Assembly (NCBI GenBank): GCA_030141605.1
Contig: JAQGDQ010000237.1
Coordinates: 228,044-292,043 of the forward strand
DNA length: 64,000 bases
DNA from: Tubiluchus corallicola
Taxonomy: Eukaryota > Animalia > Priapulida
Direction of reading: 5' to 3'
Position 1 is the stretch's first letter. Each line of letters opens with the position of its first letter. The notes below the pieces were generated by a model, which was not told the origin of the DNA, did not search any database, and saw nothing but the letters and a program-made list of their open reading frames with translations. Position numbers and translations under genes: made by a program. Shown here in pieces: positions 49,602 to 61,280 of this stretch.

Positions 49602-51783
49602 TTCTTTACCTTTTCCTTGCTTCTTTATCTGAGTTTCAACAATTTTATTCCATTTCTTACAAGATAATTATGTTTTGCTTTTCGCTCGTAAATCGTTTTG
49701 CAAAGAAAAATAAATTTTTCAGCCCAAAATTTTCCTACCTAAGATTATTTTTTTCAATGCATATCTAAGTTTTTGCACTGCACAGCATTACTGATTTAAT
49801 ATATTTGTTGCTGTTGCCATCATCGCTCTCATCATCGTTGTAGTTTTGTAGAACTGTTACTTTTCAGTTTGAATGATGTTTTGGCATGGTCATTAACACT
49901 GTGAATAACTGCACGTGTATATTTTCCAACTAACCATGGGTCCAGAATTAAAGAGCCCAGAAAGGTCACTTCAATGTCATAATCTGAAAATTTGTCACAA
50001 GCTCTGTAATTTGCCAAATGAACAGAAAAGTGAATGTGATTGAACCTGAGCATGATAAAGGTCAAAGGTCACCAAAATATCATTTCCATGGAAGGTCATA
50101 ATTCGAGCGGACCAGTAAGTCAGCGCATAAAGTGGCTTATTTTTTATTGATCTGGCCTCACAAGAAGGATACAAATGTCAAAACGTTTGGGGTAATCCTA
50201 AAGTCTTCGCCTAAATGCGTTAACATACACTACTGTGTTACACCCATTACTGTGAAATAAGTTAAATGAGTGTCGCGAGAATGCAGGAGACCATAGATTA
50301 AGTGACCAGGGTCTTGTCTTTAAAGATTTGTTATAATAGGACAAAAATGTAGCCTACATCCTAAGACTTTTTCCATCTGCAACAGCAAAATAATATTCGA
50401 AAGATATTTCTTTTGCCATGGTTAATTTAAGGCATGGTGTCTGCTGCATCAAGATTTGATTATTTTTAAACAGCGGCAAAATACTCGTATACAAATGACC
50501 ATTTTTGTACTCTACAAAGGGTGAACCCTCCCATTTTCAGGAATCCAGAAAAGTAGAGTTTACCTTCTATACACGCAGAAGCAAAATATTTGTGTAAAGG
50601 TATTTGCACAAAGTGAGAATGCATGGAATCGCTGTGACTGCTGTGGCTTTTAGGAGGATAAAGGCAGTGTAAAAGCAGTGAGGACGTTTCACAGAAAGCA
50701 GCAGCGGCGAAATTAATGATATTGTTGGTTGCTGGGCAAAGGTTCAAACAATTGGCGTAACAACCAAGAGATGGCGCCGCGATACAAAGCCAACAACTCA
50801 GCTAAACTTTTCCCTACAAATATTATACCATAACAATAGTCAGCTCGGGCGTTGAAAATTTTTGTCCGGGCGTTAGCTTGAATCGGTTGAATAGACTAAA
50901 TAAGAATGTTAGAATGGAATGTAGAATAGGTATATTCAACGATAAATGAAGCCAATCAGTCGAAAACAGTCAATTTGTGACACTCATAACCCCGTGAATC
51001 CTATTAAACGAAGCTCAACATAAACTACACTATACATTATACAAGGTACATTATATAAACGTACCTTTTATATGCTTTTGAAAGCTAAAAACTATTTGGC
51101 TTATGGAGTTGCACGACTGCAGAAAGTGGCACATCTCAGAAAAGTAATAAATATTTTTATGCTTTTGGTACTCCGACAGTTTTGATCCAGTAATCAGTTA
51201 CAGATTATTATGTACTACTTATTATTATTATCATCATCGTCATCATCATCATCATCATCATTATCCATATGCAAATACTTAAATAATTACAGATAAATCT
51301 AAGAAAAAACTTGCATAAAAATAATTACAAATTCATTAAAATGATCCTAAAAAACGTAATTAAATTAAAATTGAAAATTTGAAGGTAAAACTTCCTTCCA
51401 TGTTTTGAACATGTTCGTTTTATATGTTAAATCGGATTCACGAAATTAACAACGTAGGCCTGCTTAGTTATTAAATTTTGAGAATGTCAGTCTATTGCGA
51501 TAATGCAGATTTTATACGTATCTAAATCAGTGAACTGTGATAGTCGGAGATTCGTGCACATCCCAGATGCGCTGGGGGCAATCATGTCTTAATTTAAAAT
51601 GCAGATTATTGTTGTAGGACCGGAATCTAGGTAAGTAAGAAAGTTGATCCCTATAAGAGATACTAAACTGTTAGGATGGTGATGTACTGTTTAGAAAGCG
51701 TTTGCGCGATCAGTTTTTAAACTGTCAAACTAAAACCGACAAATGCAAAAACTGCCAGTCTAAAAAAACTGACGCATGTTTAA

Positions 51784-52221
51784 CCCTATCATACCCGTTG
51801 TATCCCGTGGGATACAAGAATATTTTCTGCCTTTAAAATTAATAAAATTTTAAAACTGACAGTTATTTTGATCTGTTAATAGTTATTTTGATTTAAGCCA
51901 ATAACAATAGACTAAAAATGGTGATAAAATGGCAAACTAAAAAATCTACGTAGCACAAAAAACTGTGCAAGGTACAGTACTTTAGAGATGACTTTGTACA
52001 GATCAGCATAGCATGCATACCAAATGTCTTAAATACTTTAAAAAATTATCAGCAGTCGCAAAATGAAGCACTTTTTTGCTTTTGTTGTGTTTTTAAAAAA
52101 GTCGGACTTTGTTTTTTGCATATGACAAAAAATGTTTTGTATCCCACAGGATACATTTGGAACAAAAGTACCAAGCCAAAAAAATTTTTCTTATTAAAAA
52201 AATAATTTGGGACTGAAAGGG
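51784..52221. mobile_element. piggyBac-type MITE (438 bp)
   Basis: TTAA|CCCTATCATACCC ... GGGACTGAAAGGG|TTAA. Subterminal palindromes TGTATCCCGTGGGATACA and TGTATCCCACAGGATACA, one near each end. Confidence 0.85.
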
Positions 52222-52304
52222 TTAAAGTCTTTCAGTCAAATTGCGGCGCCAACACGCAAACGTGCTTTATTGTCTATTGTGCGATTAGAAAAGTTAATAA
52301 AGAA

Positions 52305-52433
52305 AGAGTTAGAAAAGTTTGGGTGAAGAAATGGTTACAGCGAAGAGGCGAAAAGGGCAGTTATAGTCTGATTTTCAAAGAGTTGAAAGTTGAGGCACCG
52401 CGCGATTTTTTTAACTACATACGTATGCTACCA
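52305..52433 (+). mobile_element. PIF/Harbinger transposase N-terminal fragment
   Basis: RVRKVWVKKWLQRRGEKGSYSLIFKELKVEAPRDFFNYIRM fits the WV..WL.RR...G.Y..L..EL......F.NY.RM pattern of Harbinger transposase N-termini. No catalytic domain follows. Confidence 0.75.
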
Positions 52434-53677
52434 AATCGAAAATTGCCGCAGTTTCAGTGAAGTAGAGACGGGAGCAGATAAACGCCTGTGTTACTTGGTT
52501 CCAGCCATAGCTTACGATATGTGTGCCGTAACAAATGACAGCTCAGTGTTTGGATCTTACTATAGCAATCCAGTGGTAATGCTATTTTTAACGTGATTTT
52601 ACTTCAGTGTAAAAAAATAATTGTGATGTGACCAAAGTTTTATAACTATATACATATATATTTATATACAGTATATACATTTTGGTTTGTCAACTTTGAC
52701 TTTATAAAAACATGTCTACATATATAAAATATAAACGCAAATATATAAATCATTTATAAGTATTTATAAATAATCATACTACATTATTTTTAGGCACAAC
52801 AGAAAGTCTTCACTTTACATAATGCTACTTACATAGAAGGTAAGTATTATAATAGTGCTGTTAGCGATTATATGTTCACTTATGCTATAGCCTCTTGTAG
52901 TAACGTGATAGTAAATAAAGACTAGGCGTAAAAAACTAGTTATTCTTAAACTATCTGTTTTACATCACTAATTGGTACTTATTTTGTTGTTACAATTTGT
53001 ACAGTGTATCACTTCTCCAGGCAACTGGCATGTGACTGTCAACACACAAACTCCTACTATATAAGTTTAATCCTGCTATACAAGAATAAACAATTAAAAA
53101 TGTGGTACTCAGTATTAGAATGAGGATGTTTTTCATAAATTTGCCTCGATAATAACAAGAATCAGCATAATATCTGAATACCATTCGTGAATGGTTGCTG
53201 TAGAGGTTATGTTGTCTCGGAACTAGCCAATTCACCCCGTTTGGTTAGGTGCAATTATTGTCATAGATTTATTCTACTTGGACAATAGTTGTTTCGTCTT
53301 TACCAACCACTGGACATCATCCAAGAATATTTGTTTCTTTTTTTACCTTTTTCGTGAATCAGGTTCTGAAAATAGCAAAAGTTCTGTCAAAAAATGGAAA
53401 TTATAAAAAACAATAATTATTCCAACGCAAACTTTATTTTAGAACAATTCTCATTCGTTGGGTTTATTTAATCAGAGATTATATATTGTCGTTTCATAAG
53501 AATAACGTGAGCAACATGCATATTTGCCAACAGCTAGATCCGTAGTGGTCCGTAGTAAGCCTTGACATTTTCTTCCGAAGTTCAACTGGGTCACGCAGCC
53601 AATTCGTTAGTTACAATGTATTGTTATAAACCACATTCATGACCATTCAAACGCATGTTAAATTCAAACTGAATTTA

Positions 53678-54165
53678 CGGCGGGCGAGCCCGACTATTGA
53701 TGACATCACAAACTAACATATTTTTCAACAGCAAAAATATTCCACGAGCGTGTTGCACGTGTTTGTGAAAGCGAAAATTAAAGTACAGCACTACTATAAG
53801 ATATTCAGTGTGTTGCACTAAAACTAGGCACGTTTTAAGATAAAAATTCAAATATCAAATTTACCGCTGTGCTCATGCATGAGCTGTCCAACGTGTGTAG
53901 TTCGTCAGAAGCTAACTCATCTGAACTGAAAAGTACAGCACCTGTTTTTGTGCAATGTGTTTCCGAAATGTAGGCGCTAGTGTCCGTCTAACTAGCGAAT
54001 GACGAAATGCATATAATAGCGAAGAACTAATGGCGCGAAGGTGAAATTGCGTTTGTGTGGTATTAATTCTTTCACGTATGTCATTTTTGAAAAAATAGTT
54101 TCCTTTCAATATTTTAAAGAGTTGATTGTTTTGACCTACAGTTTAAGATTGCGTCCGGTTTTGCT
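53678..54165. mobile_element. Kolobok-like TTAA element, copy 3 (left end missing)
   Basis: GATGACATCACAAAC...GAAAGCGAAAATTAAAGTAC...TCCGGTTTTGCT|TTAA, homologous to the copies at 16899 and 28692. Confidence 0.75.
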
Positions 54166-55309
54166 TTAATATCATTTCTAGTTTAATACTGCGCCTGCGC
54201 ACTGTTTTGTGCCTAAATCATAATTAATTCTACGTTTAACTACATGTAACAACGCGAACAAATGAAACAATATCATGTGCTACAACGACAACAAAAATGA
54301 TAAGTATCTGTAAATTAAATGGTAATTAAATCATTTGAGCTTTACTAATTATTAGCAATTAAAAGCTATAATATATGTAAGATATTGGACTGCTGTCCGC
54401 TTTTAACGGAGGCAGGACGGATGGCACCGCGGCCTACACCGTGCGGCATGTCTCAATTAAGTCGCTCAACGCCAAACCAGAACAGAACCCGAATAATAAA
54501 GTCGAAATGACAATTTATTACTAAATATTACAAATAGCTTACCTAAAAGAACGGAGTTTGCGGCAAAGCCTGTGAAATGTGAACAGAGCTGCGATGAAAG
54601 ACACGACCACTGACAAGGATCTACGGCAGACCTTCCCTTTTTATAAGCTCAGGTATGCACGTGTCTAGTGGCTTTTACTAACACGCACACCTGAGAACTC
54701 TACTGTATTCCCCTGCCAGCATTACACTTCATCTCATCACAGCCCTGCAGTACAATATTAAATAATTTATTAAATTTATTAAAAAAGTAAATAAAAACAT
54801 TGAATACGTGGAAATGGTTTATTTCTTAAACCGTTTTCAACCACATTCAAAGCGATTTGAGTGTTTTCATGTCAGCCTAAATGTTTTCAAAATATTTTCA
54901 CCAAACGGGGTTTAAAACCAGTAAATTGAAAACGTTTTCAAATCATTTTGTACTAAAATCGTTTGAGCAGCATGATGTTGGCTGGCTGGATAAACCTGTG
55001 AAACGGCTTTTTTTCAATTAAATTCAGTTCTATTCACCTTTTATTTCAGCATTAAAATTGCCATGTAATTGACTAAAAAAGATAAATTACTACACATGCA
55101 CTGCACAAACACACAAAATACTAATTCTGCCAACTACATGCAACAATAATAAAAAAATCTACCACACCAAATAAGAAGAACGTCCGTCCTAAAAAATTTT
55201 GAAGTATAATCGCACGTGAGAGTCATTAGCAATATTCAGATTGCCTATTCAGGTTGCTTGTGACTTAATTTAAAAAAAGAAAGCAACAATAATTTGACGA
55301 TCATTTTAG

Positions 55310-56986
55310 ACGAATGCTACGAAGTGGAGTTTCCTACACCGAGCACAACTGACTACATTCAGATAGATGGCATTTTTTCTAACGACTTAACCTCAGCATT
55401 TTCATTTTGTGGTTGGTTGAAGACAACGGTTGGATCAGGAAGCTATGCCCAGCATCAGCTCTGGACTTGGAACAATGGCAACGATACCATTAACTTCAGA
55501 TTTTCAAATTTTCAACTACACCTTGTTTTTGAAGATGATCGAGGGTATTATAAAGAGTAAGGCATGCTTCTTTTATAACTGAGTTTAGAAATGACTATAA
55601 TAATACATCAAACAAACTAGCAAAAGTTGTATAGGTCCTCAGTGCAGTTGTTGTGTGACACAGGCATCCCATACCATTACTTTTTTCAAAAAGGTTTGAC
55701 ACATTGGAACTGCATACTGGAATCCAGTAATGAACGGGTGTGTTACTGTGCTAATGGAGTGTGGCAGGATTGGAATCTGTCGGAATATCAAGAAGGATTC
55801 TCTAAAGTGAGAAATTAAACAGGCAGGTGGATCCAAGCTACAACAACACTTTTTTAATTGAAGAAAGCCCGATAGGCTTATATTTATTTTATCTTTTCAA
55901 CTCTAGAATACAGCATCACTGCAACATGCCCATGTTTCTGTTTTATCTAAATTTGTTCTAATATTTTTTCTCTGCCAGTTGTCCAATGTTAACAGCAAAA
56001 TAACAAGTATTTGAACCCACGTACAAAGGGCGGCAACTATAAGTGTCTTTTTTGCTTTACACTAAAACCTTTCAAAAAAATTTTTAAAAAGGTAAAAACG
56101 ATATATTATTACATCATGTTAACCGCTTTTGGTTGCGTGTGTCACTTTTTCATGTTAACTTCCACGTGTGGGTGCACAGACAAATTAAACATACTACTTA
56201 CTACACACTACTATGTACCAAGGGAGCTCTGAATCTGTAAACTTGCACCACAGTGGTAGTATTGATGGCGCTTCCAACTGCCATCTTTACCGTCTATATT
56301 TAATTTTCTTCAGTGCGTATATAGATTCTTGTATAATTCGTTTGATGTATGGATCACCACAAATGGTGCCGTCGTCAGAGCTGTAGCCTCGAATCTTATA
56401 TATATATATATAAATATATATATAGCAAGAGAATTAATATATGCGATTATAGCAGCCTTTTAGTGTACTTCCACTTTTTAGCATTAAATTAAGAATTGTG
56501 AAAACAGAAAAAAAAACAGAAAAAAACATCTTCACCAATAATAATGGAACCTGTGTGAGTTTTTTGTTTTGTGTTTCAGTGTCGTGAGTACTCCGGGTAA
56601 TGTGGTTCATGTGCAGGATGATGAGTGGCATTTCATCTGCGTTCCATCTTGAAGGAAATTACAAGTTTCATGTTGACGCTCAGATGATTTACTCCGTGAA
56701 TACAGGATATTTAACCGACTACCTCTTGCCCGTAAACAGATCTTTGTTTATAGGACAGTATGCTAAAACCTGGGGTGACAGGAGTTTCCAACTGGTAAAT
56801 GCTTTCCAGGGCAAGATTGCAGGCTTTAATTTTTACGACTACATATTAAGTAATGAAGAAATCCAAGATTTGTTCTTGTATTGCTATAATAGTGGTGGGA
56901 ACCTGTTGGCTTGGAGTAAAATGAAGAATGGTTTAATGGGAGATGCAGCTGTCAGCAATGATACACCATCGTGTATCAGCTTTTAA
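55310..56986 (+). pseudogene. Pentraxin/LamG-domain gene, two exons (55310..55556, 56580..56986), with a frameshift near 56644
   Basis: Exon A: EFPTPSTTDY...AFSFCGWLKT. Exon B starts in phase with VVSTPGNVVHVQDDEWHFICVPS* (TGA 56650..56652) and continues in the +1 frame with LEGNYKFHVD...LFIGQ...AFQGKIAGFNFYDYILSNEEI...GNLLAW, all pentraxin motifs. Upstream exons not found. Confidence 0.8.
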
Positions 56987-57076
56987 TGCTAAATCCCATA
57001 AGCGTTACAAAAGCTTACGATTACCAGGAATTTATAATATATTTTATACATATGCAAAATGTTTGAATGTTGACAA

Positions 57077-57692
57077 TTAGTCCAGTTCCTTATGCATTTT
57101 CGTTATTTTTTTTTTGGAGATTTGCAAAACTATACATTTTTGGAATCGTTAGAGAATCTAAAAATGTATCTTTTCGTTTTTTTAAAACCTGCTGTGGTCA
57201 TAAAAAACTGTAACACAAACCTAATAGCCATGAATTGGAGCTTACTGATACTGGCAACCTAATTATGTATGAGGTTATTGCTAATGGCCAAGATATAATA
57301 GCATGCATTGATAGAATTCAAATATTCGATTGGAAACTGCGAAAACAAAGTTACAACCCATAACGAAGATGGGGGTACCACCTGGAAAGTTGTTAAAATG
57401 TACAGCCCCGCCCTGCCCCCAACATCTTAGCCCTTTTGCCCATGTATATACATTGCTTTGTCCAGTTCACAAGGAAAGAACTAACCACTGGAACTGGAGC
57501 TTATCTTGCAGTGAATATATGACAAAAAATCATTATTTAGAAAGTGTCATTTTGAGATGGCTACCAAGCTGATTTTGAAAAAAAAGGAAAGATAATTTAT
57601 ATGTTGAGGCAGATCCTTAGCTTTCCAAAAATGTATAGGATATCTAATCTCCAAAATTTTTGAACGAACCAATGCATTACATACTAGACTAA
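57077..57692. mobile_element. Old MITE with long degenerate inverted termini
   Basis: Left TTAGTCCAGT...TTGGAGAT...CTATACATTTTTGGAA is mirrored by TTCCAAAAATGTATAG...ATCTCCAA...ACTAGACTAA. Confidence 0.6.
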
Positions 57693-60600
57693 ACTTCTAA
57701 TTGCATATCATTAGAAAATTTGGAATGCAGTGTACTTGAATAAACTATTATAGATCTATATTATAGCGATTTTATATATGTATACGAATGCAAAGCAGAA
57801 ACTTAAAAATGTATGGCATATTTTAAATGCATGGGATAGGGTATAACGAACTGCAAGGATTAATGTATTGGGAAAGAACTCTTTGGAGTTCTAGCAGATT
57901 CACTTATTAGTTAATATGCATCGCTAAATGTTATTTTACGTTGTATTGTTAAAACACATTATTATAACTTTATTTTATTGCTTATAAATTTGTGAGCTTG
58001 CAGAGGTGATTATATCTATATTAGCTTTCTTATTTTTTGTTTAATGTTATCTAGGTCTATTAAGAATTTTCACTTTATACGGTCTTCAAAAAAGTCAGTA
58101 TGTATTAGTTTTGTTTTTGATTTAGTAAAGGTATTTAAATTTGATATCTTAATGCGGAGAAGAAAGTTGGCACTTTCAGTTATTCAGTAGGACCATGCAT
58201 ACACCTACATTTCACATTTTTAACTCATAATGAAAAAATATCAAAAAATAGCAAAATTTTGGAAAATGGGTTTAATTATAACCTTTTTGCGCAAGCCGGA
58301 TGTACGGCAATATATTCGAGTACATTTGTATCTCGTAATTATAGCTTTTATGATCATTACACCATACCGTGTTGTAGTGGCTAATATAAATATGTTTATT
58401 ACTCACATTAAGTCTGACAACCTTGTAGATCTACTATTTCCTAAAAATAAGTTGGTAGATTAAAAGATAGCACTTATTTTTTGTGATATGTTGCTGAGCA
58501 ATTGGCAAAAAATATTGTTGCCACTGTTTTTGTGTACTATCATTATAATGGTCGCTTAATGTCTGTTGAGGGCTATAAGACCAGTTAGATGGCTAGACCA
58601 CAAGTTTTTCAATTCTCCTCAGATCAATAGGCCCGAGAGAAGTTAGTTGGTAGTTGGGGGGGGGGGGGTTAAAGGTCTATTTTATAATACGACTACCCAA
58701 GCACGACATCTCTTGGTTAAACAATGGATTAGTATTTTAGCTGCTTTAATTAGTAGGCTTACTGTACATAACATTCTTAAAATCTTTTTATAACGAGGCC
58801 AATTTCATAAAGAAGCACCGTAATAAATTTTATTAAATTTTTATTTTAAAATATGTTCTGTGCAGCAAAAATTTTGGCTTAAAGCCAAGTTTGCATTTTT
58901 TACAATTACTATGTGCTTTTTAGTTATGTTTCTACCCGGATAAACATTTTTTGTTCTATTAAAGTTGTGAATTGTTTCTGTGACAAGGATAGCCAAAGCA
59001 CTTAGGTTTTTGTAAGCGTATGCCTTCTTTATATCGCACTTCTAAATTTCTATCGATTTCCTCAAAATAAAGTTTGTCACAAGTTTAGCTTAGTTTTGTA
59101 AACACCACATTTTTAAAATCGTAAGAATTATTTTGAAAGAAATCAATTTTGAGTCATATTTATATTAAACCAACCTAGTATTAACTGCGTAAGGTGCGGT
59201 TTGTACTGTTACATGGAAACAATGGGAAATTTCTGTGATACAGCATTTCGAGGTAAAGAATTGTTTACTTCTGGAAACCAAGCAAAATGTTGACTTCTAG
59301 CCTTACTCAGAGCGTGATCCGGATGAGATAGATTTTTCAAAGTAATAAAAATATGACTCATCTCTTCTGGTAAAAATTTTTTTATTGCAAATTCGTATAG
59401 CTCTCAAAAATAAATCAAGCCAACAGAGAATTTAAGATTAATTGCTGTATAACAGAAAGAGTGAAGGTAAGTTTCAGCATTAGTATTTTTCTGATAAACT
59501 GAAAACGTTGAATGTGCATAATGTTTATGAATATGTACGTCTAAAACGGTGTTTTTTATTCTGTTCAACTTCAGAAGTAAAGTTACGGGTTGGTACAAAG
59601 ATTACAAGCAGTTGAAAAACAAATGGCTATTAAAGTCGGTAGAAATTAACCACAAACTATCATCTACATAACGTTACGAAATTTTTGGTCGTACTTTCAA
59701 CATGTTCCCGAAATAAATATGCAAGAACAAGGGTCAAGGGGTTTCCTACGGCCTACAAATGTTTGCTTATAAAAGTTTTTCCAAAATTGAAAAAAAGAAC
59801 TCACGCAACCCAGTTCCACGTGTTTTAGAAAGCGTTCACTAGAAAAAGAAGATGAAAGTCTAGAGTTGACAATATTCTCCGAAGAAAGTTAAATGTGGGT
59901 TCCGAAGAAACATTTGTAAGAGTAACTGAACATTAAAAGAAATCTTTATTTATCATTCCACTTTATTGGCACTACATTACGAAGTTTGTCAATAACATCT
60001 AAATTATGTCCCAGGTGTGCACCCGAAAAGCTACCTAGCAACTTTGTCTGATCAGTGTTTAGCCAAGAATTTGAATAACCTACCTAGTATAACATGGTGA
60101 ACCACAATTGGAAATAATTGTAGGTTTCCTGGGCTTATGAATTTTAGGCAGTCCATAAGCATAAGGTAAAGATGACAACCAAGAAATGGAACACTTTAAA
60201 ATATCTTTATGATCTGAAAACTGAGAAATAATAACATTTTCTGTTAAATGAAGCTTGCATATCCTGAAACTGATTTTTGCTCACCTTTTGTTAACAGAAC
60301 CGTCATTAAGAATATCATCCATCTTATGATCGTAAACTGATTTCCATGCGGTGCATTTCTTTTGCTTTTGGCAGATAAATGTTATGAATTAATATACAGA
60401 TGACATGAAGTCCTCCACTGGTGGCGTCTTCACAAATTTTTAGTTTTTTACAGTGCGTTCGGAAAAGTAGAGGGATCAATAGCAAAATATGCTAAATCTC
60501 TATTAATTATTACGGATTATGAATTATGAAATAACGAATGCTAAGAATTCAAATAATATTGCTAAACATAAGCTTTGTGACAAAGACAACAATGGTCATT

Positions 60601-61280
60601 TTCTTTTCGTTTCCGTTTTTCTTTTGGAACAAACATCTCACGAAAATCTTAAGCCCATGTTCACGGCAGTTACTTTTTTGGTTTTTTAACTGAAATTACA
60701 AAAGACAAATGAAATAGCGGAGAGGTCACAGAGTACGCTTAGCAACCGAAGCTAAGCAAAGCTGGTCCTGCTCTGTAAGTGAATGGAAGTCTGCTTGGAA
60801 AACTGTCTCTGAATAGTTTGCACACATTCCCTTAAATCAGAGGATGACCAAGACACCTTTGCCCGGTACTGTGTCTCATCGTAACAGAAATAGTTTTTTA
60901 TAAAAACAACGTTCGGTAAGTATACTCTCTCCAAAAAGAAGGTTCTTAGCTTTCGCTGAATACCATACTGAACGCAAGACGAAATCCAGCATTAATAGCA
61001 AGTTCTAGACCTACTAATATAGGCCTAATTTAATGGTTTTAATTGGATAGGAATCTAGCTAATTATCGGGGATAATTCTGCAAGTCTTGTCAGCTTTGTT
61101 TTAGTCAAGCCAATATTCTCAAATTTCTTTGTTCTCACCAATGAATTACAGGTCATTAATCTTGGAAAAAAGTGACTAAGCGAAGCTACGAAAAATGGAA
61201 TCAGTAATTCTGAGCAAAACAAGCTACATCAACGTCTCTAATCCAACCTTTTCAACTTCGAAGAATTGAGAAAGCCAAAC

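Noticed and set aside
54388-54742. Second solo LTR (minus-strand TATAAAA and AATAAA, TG...CA-like ends)
   Set aside because: No matching TSD or clear terminal inverted repeat, so boundaries cannot be supported.
61266-61280. TTG start given by the ORF track for the DCX gene
   Set aside because: Eukaryotic gene; the ATG at 61281 has a strong AAACATGG context.
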